DNA of 63,539 bases, counting the filler, from a bacterium (GTDB lineage: Bacteria; UBP15; UBA6099; JAJRTR01): the NCBI GenBank assembly GCA_024278215.1. It is 4 parts of 4 records of this genome, joined end to end, with 100 filler letters (N's around TTAATTAATTAA, not from the genome) between each part and the next. Parts side by side here need not be neighbours in the genome. Positions count along the whole stretch, not along the records: positions 25,990 to 47,712 come from JAJRTR010000154.1; positions 47,813 to 55,625 come from JAJRTR010000158.1; positions 55,726 to 63,539 come from JAJRTR010000160.1; 1 more part is not named here. One strand, 5' to 3'. The notes beneath the pieces were generated by a model, which saw only the letters and a program-made list of their open reading frames with translations, had not been told where the DNA came from and did no database searches. The translations under genes and the position numbers were made by a program. Shown one piece after another: positions 47,528 to 55,897 of this stretch; position 1 is the first letter of the stretch, and each line of letters opens with the position of its first letter.

Positions 47528-47712
47528 TTGCAGGGGGCAGTTGCCGCAATCGGGTTTCCTGCCGCAATATGCCGCGCCGACACCCACTATCAGCGCGTGA
47601 TATTCGTTGTACAGCCGGACATCCCCGGGCAGTCGTGCCGAGAAGAAAATACGCATTGTTTCATAGTCGGTGTCTTCGTCAAACAAACCGTGCCTTGATC
47701 CGAGGCGCCTCG
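47492..47712 (-). CDS. C-terminal fragment of endonuclease III-related (HhH-GPD) glycosylase, truncated by gap
   Basis: LYNEYHALIVGVGAAYCGRKPDCGNCPL Fe-S motif; frame open to the gap. Confidence 0.8.
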
Positions 47713-47812
47713 NNNNNNNNNNNNNNNNNNNNNNNNNNNNNNNNNNNNNNNNNNNNTTAATTAATTAANNNNNNNNNNNNNNNNNNNNNNNNNNNNNNNN
47801 NNNNNNNNNNNN
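47713..47812. other. Assembly gap / contig linker
   Basis: N-run with TTAATTAATTAA; followed by the last bases of repeat A (ATTGGCTCTA). Confidence 0.99.
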
Positions 47813-47894
47813 ATTGGCTCTACTGACATTGAATTGTACTGAAATCATATATGAATGGCTGTTTTTCAGGTGTTCATCAGAGTTGCCGGGACTT

Positions 47895-49982
47895 ATGAAA
47901 AATAAATTATCCATAATAACTGTAATTACGATATTACTGATATTTTGCGTTTCCGATGTTGCATCGGCATATATCGGTCCAGGCGCGGGCTTTGCGTTTA
48001 TCACATCGTTTTTTGTGCTTTTCGCGAGCATCGTCGTTGCAATACTTGTTTTACTGACAGCTCCGTTGAGGTTGCTTTACAGGGCTATCAGGCGGCGAGG
48101 TGTGAAAAAAGGCAGGTTTGATCGTGTGGTGGTTCTCGGCCTCGACGGGATGGACCCGGGACTCGCGGGCGAGATGATGGACGCTGGCGAACTGCCCAAT
48201 TTCAGCAGGCTTGCTTCCGAGGGCGCATTCTCACCGCTTGAAACGACGCTTCCCGCCATGTCGCCTGTCGCATGGTCGTCTTTTATGACCGGTGTGACCG
48301 CCGCACGCCACAATATATATGATTTTCTCACTCCCGACAGAAAAAGCTATTTCCCTGCGCTGTCGTCTTCCGAGGTGCGTCCTCCATCGAAATCGCTCAA
48401 ACTCGGCGGTTTCAATATTCCGCTCGGCAAACCGGTTGTCAGGCTTATGCGCAAAGGCCGCCCTTTCTGGAATATTCTTTCCGATCACGGTATCTTTTCT
48501 TCAATTCTCAGGGTGCCGATTACTTTCCCTGCCGAGCCTTTCGGGGGGCATCTGCTTTCGGCCATGTGTGTGCCGGATCTGCTCGGCACACAGGGCGAGT
48601 TCACTCTTTTTACGAGTATGAAGAACGCGGGCGAGATATACGAAGGCGGCAGGACAGTTATTGTAAACATCGTCAACCAGGGATTTAAAGCAGATATAAA
48701 GGGACCGTCGAACTCGCTGAAGCAGAACGGCGGTCCGATGAATGTCCCGCTTGTTGTTTTCATCGACCGGAAGGCGGGCGTTGCGGAGATTACGATAGGC
48801 GGAAAGACAACCGTTGCCGAACTCGGCAAACATACGGGATGGGTGACGATCCCGTTTAAAGCCGGGCCCGGTATCACTATTACGGGAATCTGCCGGTTCT
48901 GTCTCATGTCAATCGAGCCGGAAGTGAATCTTTACATGAGCCCGATAAATATTGATCCGAACCAGCCTGCGCTCCCGATTTCTCACCCATACATTTTCTC
49001 GATGTATCTGGCGAAAGCCCAGGGGCCTTATGCAACTCTCGGGCTTGCGGAAGATACCTGGGCGCTCAATGAGCGTGTTCTCGACGAGGAGGCCTTCCTC
49101 GAACAGGCTTATTTGAATCACGAGGAACGCGAGAAGATGTTTTTCCTGTCGCTGAAACGTGTGAGGCAGGGAACCGTGGCATGTGTGTTCGACACGACAG
49201 ACAGGATACAGCACATGTTCTGGCGCTACCATGAGAAATGCGAACACCAGCCGCTGGACAATTATGACACATACGTGGGAACTATCAGGGACCTTTACCG
49301 GCGAATGGACGACCTGCTCGGACGCACACGAAAACAACTCGGTCCGAAGGACGCGCTGATAGTTATGTCCGACCACGGGTTCAAGGCGTTTCGGCGCGGT
49401 GTGGACCTCAACGCGTGGCTCGAGCACGAGGGCTATCTCGCGCGCAGGCCGGACGCGAAGGGCGAGAAGTTTCTCAAGGATGTCGATTGGTCGCGGACGA
49501 AAGCTTACGCGCTGGGGCTGTCGGGGATATTCATCAACCTGAAGGGCAGGGAAGGGCGGGGTATCGTCGAAAAATCTGAAGTCGACGCGCTGAAACGGGA
49601 GATCGCGTCGAAACTCGAGTGCCTTGCGGACGAGGAACGCGGCGAGACTGCGATTGCGAAGGTGCATATCGCCGACGAGGTTATGAACGGTCCATATCTC
49701 GGCAACGCGCCCGAATTGTTTGTCGGCTATAATATCGGATACCGGAATTCGTGGGATTGCGCAATCGGCCGCATCGGAGCGAATGTGTTTGAGGATAATA
49801 ATAAGAGTTGGAGCGGCGACCACTGCATCGAACCATCGCTTGTGCCGGGCGTGTTGTTTACAAATTTGAAGCTGAACGGAGGTGCCGCGCCGCGAATTAT
49901 CGACATTGCTCCCAGCATTCTTTCTCTTTTCAACGTTAAGCCGCCATCCAATATGGAAGGCAGGCCGGTGCTGAAGGTCTGA
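47895..49982 (+). CDS. Alkaline-phosphatase-superfamily (type I phosphodiesterase/NPP-like) protein with N-terminal 'AYIGPG'-TM module
   Basis: Signal ASA-YIGPGAG + TM; LGLDGMDP, PAMSPVAWSSFMTG, DRIQHMFW, MSDHGF, WSGDHC. Confidence 0.88.
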   Translation: MKNKLSIITVITILLIFCVSDVASAYIGPGAGFAFITSFFVLFASIVVAILVLLTAPLRLLYRAIRRRGVKKGRFDRVVVLGLDGMDPGLAGEMMDAGELPNFSRLASEGAFSPLETTLPAMSPVAWSSFMTGVTAARHNIYDFLTPDRKSYFPALSSSEVRPPSKSLKLGGFNIPLGKPVVRLMRKGRPFWNILSDHGIFSSILRVPITFPAEPFGGHLLSAMCVPDLLGTQGEFTLFTSMKNAGEIYEGGRTVIVNIVNQGFKADIKGPSNSLKQNGGPMNVPLVVFIDRKAGVAEITIGGKTTVAELGKHTGWVTIPFKAGPGITITGICRFCLMSIEPEVNLYMSPINIDPNQPALPISHPYIFSMYLAKAQGPYATLGLAEDTWALNERVLDEEAFLEQAYLNHEEREKMFFLSLKRVRQGTVACVFDTTDRIQHMFWRYHEKCEHQPLDNYDTYVGTIRDLYRRMDDLLGRTRKQLGPKDALIVMSDHGFKAFRRGVDLNAWLEHEGYLARRPDAKGEKFLKDVDWSRTKAYALGLSGIFINLKGREGRGIVEKSEVDALKREIASKLECLADEERGETAIAKVHIADEVMNGPYLGNAPELFVGYNIGYRNSWDCAIGRIGANVFEDNNKSWSGDHCIEPSLVPGVLFTNLKLNGGAAPRIIDIAPSILSLFNVKPPSNMEGRPVLKV

Positions 49983-49992
49983 AGTTTTTGTT

Positions 49993-52020
49993 ATGAAAAA
50001 AATAACTTTCAAACATTTCTTTGTATTTGTTCTGATTGCAGTCAGCGGCTGCGTCGCAGTGTCGTGCGGGCGCGGCAACGGCTGGAAAAAAACCGATCAC
50101 AAAGTGCTGGTGCTGGGCTTCGACGGAATGGACCCGAGACTGCTGGCTAATTTTATGAACAGAAGCGATTTTCCGAACTTCGATAAGTTGATTGCGGTCA
50201 ACGGAATACGCACACTCGCCACGAGCACCCCGCCGCAGAGCCCGGTGGCGTGGTCGAATTTCATTACCGGCAAGAATCCCGGCGGACACGCGATATTCGA
50301 TTTCATCCACAGGAACCCGGAGAATTATCAGCCTTACCTTTCCATGTCACGCGCCGAGAACCCGGCCCGCACTCTGAAACTTGGCAATTATGTGATTCCT
50401 CTGGGAAAGGGTGATGTCAAGCTGTTGAGGAGGGGGACGGCCTTCTGGGAATTGCTTGTCGCGAGAAATATTCCAGCGACGATATTCAGGATTCCGTCGA
50501 ATTTCCCGCCGGTGCCCGCAGGCAGGTCTATTGCGGGGATGGGAACGCCCGACCTGCTCGGCGGATACGGCTCGTTTTCATACTATACCGAGGAACCGCC
50601 CGCGCCGGACGCGGATGAGATCACGGGCGGAACGATCACACAGATAACGCCCGGAGCCGATGGGAAATATACTTTTTTCCTTACGGGGCCGCCGAATACG
50701 ATGTTGAAAGACAGGCCGACGACGAAGATAGAAATAAATGTGTGGAAGGATTCGACAAATCCTTCCGCCGAGATAAAGATCGGCGGCGACACGCTTGTGC
50801 TCGAAGAGGGGCAGTGGAGCGACTGGGTGCGGGTCGAATTCGAGATGATTCCCCACCTTTCATCCGTTTCCGGTATATGCCTTGTTTATCTCAAAAGCGT
50901 GCATCCTTATCTTAAGATTTATATATCGCCTGTGAATATCGATCCGGTAAAGCCTGCGATGCCTATCAGCAACCCGCCGGAGTACGCGGCGGAACTCGCC
51001 CGCGAGACCGGACTCTACTATACACAGGGTATGCCCGAAGACACTAAAGCGCTCGATCACGGCGTTTTCACCGACATGGAATATCTCGAGCAGACAAAAA
51101 TATTTCACGACCACATCGAAAAAATGTTCCATTACGAATTGAACCGTTTCCGTTCCGGGCTTCTTTTCTTTTATTTCTCGAACACCGACCTCGGCTCGCA
51201 CATGTTCTGGAGCGCGATGGATAAGAGCCATCCGGGATACGGACTACGCACGGAAGAAGCGCGTGATACAATATTTAAAATATATCAGAATATGGACCGC
51301 ATGTTGGGCATCGCCATGGAAAAACTCGATCCAGGCGATACGATCATAGTGATGTCCGACCACGGGTTCGCCTCCTTCGCGCGTGGATTCAACCTTAATA
51401 CGTGGCTTAAAGAAAACGGATACCTTGCGCTGATCGACGAGTTTTCGCAGGGCGATCAGGATTTCCTCGCGAATGTCGACTGGTCGCGCACAAGCGCTTA
51501 CGCGCTCGGTTTTAACGCGCTGTATATCAACCAGATGGGACGCGAAGGTGAAGGGATAGTGCCTGTCGGTGACGCGAAAAAGCGGTTGCTCGAAAAGATA
51601 AGAGATGGGCTGTTGCAGGTGCGCGACCCCCTGACCGGCAAACAGGTGATTACGCATGTATATGTTGCTGATGAAATATATAGTGGAAAATACGTGAAAG
51701 ATGCACCGGACTTGATTATAGGATACAACCGCGGCTACCGCGCATCCTGGGAAACAGCTATAGGCAGGGTGCCGCGCGAGCTGTTGTCCGACAACAAACA
51801 GAAGTGGACCGGCGACCATTGTATAGACCCGGCACATGTGCCGGGGATCGTACTCAGCAACAGAAAAATTAAATATGAACGCCCTTCGCTTTACGACCTC
51901 CCTGTAACTATTCTTAATGAGTTCGGAGTGGAGAAGAATCCGGATATGATCGGACACAATATCTTTGTGGGGGAGAAAAAACCGCCACGCAATGAAATCG
52001 AGCCTTTCGGGGAAAAGTAG
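49993..52020 (+). CDS. Paralogous AP-superfamily protein, probable lipoprotein
   Basis: Hydrophobic leader with VSGC/VSCG; LGFDGMDP, PPQSPVAWSNFITG, DLGSHMFW, MSDHGF, WTGDHC. Confidence 0.88.
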   Translation: MKKITFKHFFVFVLIAVSGCVAVSCGRGNGWKKTDHKVLVLGFDGMDPRLLANFMNRSDFPNFDKLIAVNGIRTLATSTPPQSPVAWSNFITGKNPGGHAIFDFIHRNPENYQPYLSMSRAENPARTLKLGNYVIPLGKGDVKLLRRGTAFWELLVARNIPATIFRIPSNFPPVPAGRSIAGMGTPDLLGGYGSFSYYTEEPPAPDADEITGGTITQITPGADGKYTFFLTGPPNTMLKDRPTTKIEINVWKDSTNPSAEIKIGGDTLVLEEGQWSDWVRVEFEMIPHLSSVSGICLVYLKSVHPYLKIYISPVNIDPVKPAMPISNPPEYAAELARETGLYYTQGMPEDTKALDHGVFTDMEYLEQTKIFHDHIEKMFHYELNRFRSGLLFFYFSNTDLGSHMFWSAMDKSHPGYGLRTEEARDTIFKIYQNMDRMLGIAMEKLDPGDTIIVMSDHGFASFARGFNLNTWLKENGYLALIDEFSQGDQDFLANVDWSRTSAYALGFNALYINQMGREGEGIVPVGDAKKRLLEKIRDGLLQVRDPLTGKQVITHVYVADEIYSGKYVKDAPDLIIGYNRGYRASWETAIGRVPRELLSDNKQKWTGDHCIDPAHVPGIVLSNRKIKYERPSLYDLPVTILNEFGVEKNPDMIGHNIFVGEKKPPRNEIEPFGEK

Positions 52021-52073
52021 CGCCGTGTCGATACCGGCAAAAGGGATAATCGGGAGTGATTGGAGAGAGACTT

Positions 52074-52478
52074 ATGGAATATGAACCGGGCAGCCTGAAA
52101 TACGCAAGGGAAATAGTGGCGAAGGACCCTTACGCGCAATTTCTTGGAATCGAAGCTGTAGAAATATGCGATTCTTATGCGAAAATGAAGTTGACTGTGA
52201 AGCCCGAATATTGCAATTCGGTAGGCAGGGCGCACGGAGCGATAGTATACGGAGCGGCGGACCAGGCGTTTGCTGTGGCATGTAATTCACGGGGCGAGGC
52301 CGCGATGGCGCTTACTGTGACTATGCACTACCACGCGGGCGCGCAAGTCGGCACGACATTGATTTCCGAAGCTGAGCCGGTCAGTATCCACCGCAAAGTG
52401 AGCCTGTGGCGGCTGACGGTAAAGACGGAAGAGGGCATCCTGATCGCTACCGCTGAAGGCACGGCGTATCACAGATAA
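52074..52478 (+). CDS. PaaI-family hotdog thioesterase
   Basis: DPYAQFLGIE, NSVGRAHGAIVYGAADQAFAVACNS. Confidence 0.9.
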   Translation: MEYEPGSLKYAREIVAKDPYAQFLGIEAVEICDSYAKMKLTVKPEYCNSVGRAHGAIVYGAADQAFAVACNSRGEAAMALTVTMHYHAGAQVGTTLISEAEPVSIHRKVSLWRLTVKTEEGILIATAEGTAYHR

Positions 52479-52493
52479 TCATGGGGGCGTTTT

Positions 52494-52685
52494 ATGTTCG
52501 GATCAAAACTCAAACTGGACAGGGACCTGCTCGCGAGAGCGGAAAAAGTCGCGGAAACAGCAGGCTACTCTTCCGTGAGCGAATTCATCACACATCTGCT
52601 CGAGAAGGAACTTGAAAAACTGGAAGGCGCGGCTAATGAAAACGAGATGCAGGAACGCCTGAAGGGGCTCGGCTACATTTCGTAA
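52494..52685 (+). CDS. Small protein, RHH/CopG-like N-half and C-terminal ERLKGLGYIS
   Basis: GGGGG RBS; KLKLDRDLL..AGYSSVSEFITHLLEKEL; tight operon spacing. Confidence 0.75.
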   Translation: MFGSKLKLDRDLLARAEKVAETAGYSSVSEFITHLLEKELEKLEGAANENEMQERLKGLGYIS

Positions 52686-52698
52686 GTAGACGAATATT

Positions 52699-53523
52699 AT
52701 GGATTCATTAAATCTTGCAATAACCTCGCTGTTCGATCTTTACTTCAACCTGTTTCAGGAAGTTTCACCATGGATCGGACTGTCCTTTATTTCACTCGTT
52801 ACAGGAATTATTCTGCTTATTGTGTTCAGGTTCACATCGAATCAGGCGGCGATAGGAAAAACGAAGGAACGAATACGCGGGCATTTCCTCGAGATACGTC
52901 TCTTTCAGGACGATCCCGTGATTGTTATCGGTTCGCTCGGTCGCATTATGAAGGATAATTTCATATATCTGCGCTATACGATGGTCCCGTTTCTGTTTAT
53001 GCTTGTTCCTGTTGTGCTGATGCTGGTCCAGATGGACATGAGGTACGGCAGCCGGCCATTCACAGCGGGTGATGAAACAGTGTTGAGAGTTGAGACGGCG
53101 AAAGGAAGCAGGGAAAATCTTGAGAAACTGAAAATTGACGTGCCGGATTTTGTAAGGGTAAATGTCAGGCCTGTGAGGATACCTTCGACCGGGGAAGTAC
53201 TGTGGGGACTGAAGATCACGGGCGAGGGCAGGGGAGACATCTCCATTTCGGCAAAAGGGTCGGCGCAAAAGCTATCTATTGTTTCCGGCGGCGGAGTGCC
53301 GCGTATTGTCGGCACGCGTACGAACGGCGGCTTCTGGAACAGGTTGCTGAACCCCGGTTCAAAAACGCTGCGCGGCGATTCAGGCCTGAAACTGATCGAG
53401 ATAAAATATCCGGCAAGAGAAATGAAGATCGGCAATCGCACTGTTCACTGGTTAATCATTTATTTTGCCATTTCAGTTGTGTTCGGCTACAGCGTTAAGG
53501 GCTTGTTCGGAGTAGAAGTGTAG
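52699..53523 (+). CDS. Membrane protein resembling DUF106/EMC3/TMCO1 (Oxa1 superfamily) with soluble insert
   Basis: TM1 ending RFTSNQ, helical hairpin, TM2 YLRYTMVPFLFMLVP, ~130-aa beta insert, TM3 HWLIIYFAISVVFGYSVKGLFGV. Confidence 0.55.
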   Translation: MDSLNLAITSLFDLYFNLFQEVSPWIGLSFISLVTGIILLIVFRFTSNQAAIGKTKERIRGHFLEIRLFQDDPVIVIGSLGRIMKDNFIYLRYTMVPFLFMLVPVVLMLVQMDMRYGSRPFTAGDETVLRVETAKGSRENLEKLKIDVPDFVRVNVRPVRIPSTGEVLWGLKITGEGRGDISISAKGSAQKLSIVSGGGVPRIVGTRTNGGFWNRLLNPGSKTLRGDSGLKLIEIKYPAREMKIGNRTVHWLIIYFAISVVFGYSVKGLFGVEV

Positions 53524-53777
53524 CCGGACCAGCCGCCGGAGAATTCTTCACCCGGCTATTGTCGCGGTAACGATGAAAAGAAGTCCGAAAATGCTTTCTC
53601 CCGCATATTTGATTCGTGTGTAATAAATCATTTTCCAAAACAATGTTTTTGTCAAAGTCGGTCAAGATGCTTTAAAATACTGAATGCACGTTCGTTATAG
53701 TCGATCATTATTAATTGACAATTGTCATCTTCGACTTATTGCACACGAATCAATATTGTGATGTTTCAAAAGTTCTC

Positions 53778-53919
53778 GGTATCCGTTCACAGGTGACTGT
53801 TCGCAACGGTACATCCGAAATTCCTGGAATGCAACGACTGTGTCGTTGCAACTATGAAGAAGTCGCATTTTGCAAAAACTGATGTTTTTGCGTTCCAGGA
53901 TTTTCAGATAGTACCGTTA
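53778..53919. repeat. Repeat family E (~142 bp, multi-hairpin), copy 1
   Basis: Highly similar to 62854-62995; stems TGCAACGAC/GTCGTTGCA, GCAAAAAC/GTTTTTGC, outer TCCTGGAA/TTCCAGGA. Confidence 0.87.
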
Positions 53920-54076
53920 AAGTATTATGCCCAATGCACCACGTGAACGGCGCGGTCTGTTGCCTATTATAATGCATATCATGAACAAATTGCGAATAAT
54001 GTGATAAGATAACAACGACAAAAGGATATTATAGAAAAGAAAGGTTTCAGGATACAACTGAAATACAGGGTGAGAC

Positions 54077-54691
54077 ATGGATCTGGATAAACTGTTCAAA
54101 GAAGCCGAGAGACTGAAGGATCATTTCGACGCAATAGATAAGGACAGGGAAGAATGCTACAAGATCGCGCGCGAATTGCGCCGGATGTCGGTCAAATCGG
54201 TCAGGGACGCGCATAACAAAAAATACGATCTGGCGAGAAAACAGATAGAAGACGGAAAGATATACGCGCGGCAGCTCGTGAAAAAGCAGCAGAGGTTCGG
54301 CTTTGTGGAAGAAGCGCTCCAGGAACATGCCGAGGCCGCCTTCACGCTCGCATTCCTGCTGGGCGAAGTGCCTCCCACCCAGGAAGAGATCGGCACGAAC
54401 GAACGCGCATATCTTCTCGGTCTGGCCGATACAATCGGAGAAATGCGGCGTAACACTCTTAACCTGCTTCGAGATGACAGGATCGAAGAAGCAAAAACTT
54501 TTATGAACCTTATGGACGATCTTATGGGCATAATCGTAAGGTTTGATCACACGGACGCAGTGTTGCCCCTGAGGCGCAAGCAAGACCAGATGCGAGGCGT
54601 GATCGAGCGCACACGTGGCGACATGACGAATATTATCTGCCAGCAGCGGCTCGAAAAAACGCTACGCGAAAGAGTTCCCGTTACCGAGTAG
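54077..54691 (+). CDS. Translin/TRAX-family protein (archaeal C3PO-like)
   Basis: DKDREECYKIAREL.R, ALQEHAEA, YLLGLADTIGEMRR, LRRKQDQMRGVIERT. Confidence 0.85.
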   Translation: MDLDKLFKEAERLKDHFDAIDKDREECYKIARELRRMSVKSVRDAHNKKYDLARKQIEDGKIYARQLVKKQQRFGFVEEALQEHAEAAFTLAFLLGEVPPTQEEIGTNERAYLLGLADTIGEMRRNTLNLLRDDRIEEAKTFMNLMDDLMGIIVRFDHTDAVLPLRRKQDQMRGVIERTRGDMTNIICQQRLEKTLRERVPVTE

Positions 54692-54803
54692 TAACTGAAT
54701 TCGTGAGATTCACATAAGACAGGACTAAAGATATAGATTCGACGCATCCGGGTTTTGAGTGGGTAGTCCTGTGGTAGTGTCGTGTCAACGATGAAAAGGT
54801 GTA

Positions 54804-54856
54804 AGAGCCAACTGCAAAATTCTGATTCGGCTGCGGTCGGCTGCAATTGTCCATAG
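54804..54856 (+). repeat. Repeat family A, left-end fragment, followed by long hairpin 54856-54904
   Basis: AGAGCCAACTGCAAAATTCTGATTCGGCTGCGGTCGGCTGCAATTGTCCATAGC. Confidence 0.8.
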
Positions 54857-54939
54857 CCCACATATTTCCGGATTTCTTTGTGAGAAATCCGGGATAGCTG
54901 TGGGTCAAAAACCCACTTTTGTGTCGCACACCCAATTCC

Positions 54940-55157
54940 GGGTACATGACTGGAATTTGTCCTTTAATTCCAATCACTGTTTACTTAAGGTCATGCCAGG
55001 TCCCCAGGCGGGACGCCTGTGCTACTCTGTATCTCACAACATCGCGGCAGGGTACGACAGGTGTTTCGCCTGTCGTAAATAGCATTAAGTAAACTGTGTT
55101 GCCTTTAATTCCGAATTGTGTCCCCAGGGAATTCTTCACTTGGCTAAAATGTTGCAA
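54940..55157 (+). repeat. Repeat family C, copy 3, split by a family D insertion
   Basis: Left half ends CCTTTAATTC (54961-54970), right half resumes CCTTTAATTC (55102-55111). Confidence 0.8.
54971..55101. mobile_element. Repeat family D MITE, copy 2, 10-bp TSD CCTTTAATTC
   Basis: Ends CAATCACTGTTTACTTAA / TTAAGTAAACTGTGTTG; interior aligns with 34771-34895. Confidence 0.85.
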
Positions 55158-55282
55158 ACTCACAAAATTCGATTCTATCTGCAAAAAGCACAAGTTTGTT
55201 AATAATATAATGAAAAATATGTTATGATTATTTTAATCCAGTGTTTCGCAATGAATGCAGAATCGGGCAGGTGAGTAATTAT

Positions 55283-55625
55283 ATGGTGACAAACGACTCT
55301 GAAATCAACAGGCTGAAAACCAGGCTTGATTACGCGGAGAGCCTGAACGATTCGCTCGATTTGATTATCAACGGGGCGAATATGCCGATATTTCTGCTTG
55401 ATCTGTCCGGCAATATAATTATGTGCAACAGGGCATTCGCAAATATTTTTAAAAAAGAAATAAAAAATGTTGAAGAAAAGATGCTGATAGAAGTTTTACC
55501 GGAGTCGGCGGCAGAACGCATGGTATCGTTTGTCAAGGAGAGTGCGGAAACAAGAACCACATTGACATACGAGGAAATAATCGGAGGAAGGTCTTTTCTC
55601 GGAGACATATCACCGGTGAGCGATA
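55283..55625 (+). CDS. N-terminal fragment of PAS-domain signalling protein, truncated by gap
   Basis: IINGANMPIFLLDLSGNIIMCNRAFANIF PAS signature. Confidence 0.72.
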
Positions 55626-55725
55626 NNNNNNNNNNNNNNNNNNNNNNNNNNNNNNNNNNNNNNNNNNNNTTAATTAATTAANNNNNNNNNNNNNNNNNNN
55701 NNNNNNNNNNNNNNNNNNNNNNNNN
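55626..55725. other. Assembly gap / contig linker
   Basis: N-run with TTAATTAATTAA. Confidence 0.99.
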
Positions 55726-55897
55726 GCAAAATTATGTTCGTAGCGAGGTCGAACGAAATTTTTCAGAAGCAAGGCGGAGGTGCAAAATCCCCGCAGGCGT
55801 ACTCGCCGAGTACGTTGAGGATGATTCTGTACCGACAACGCAGCTATGGACAATTGCAGTCGACCGCAGCCGAATCAGAATTTTGCAATTGGCTCTA
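55726..55897 (-). mobile_element. Repeat family A, near-full diverged copy in opposite orientation
   Basis: GCAAAATTATGTTCGTAGCG..GCAGGCGTACTCGCCGAGTACGTTGAGG..AATTTTGCAATTGGCTCTA. Confidence 0.85.

Noticed and set aside
47492-47712. Endonuclease III fragment and PAS fragment (55283-55625) as pseudogenes
   Set aside because: Both are cut by assembly gaps, not by mutations
48909-50078. Long antisense ORFs (also 43401-44312, 58445-59338, 34993-35739, 14752-15486, 9025-9705)
   Set aside because: They shadow well-supported genes on the opposite strand and show no recognisable motifs
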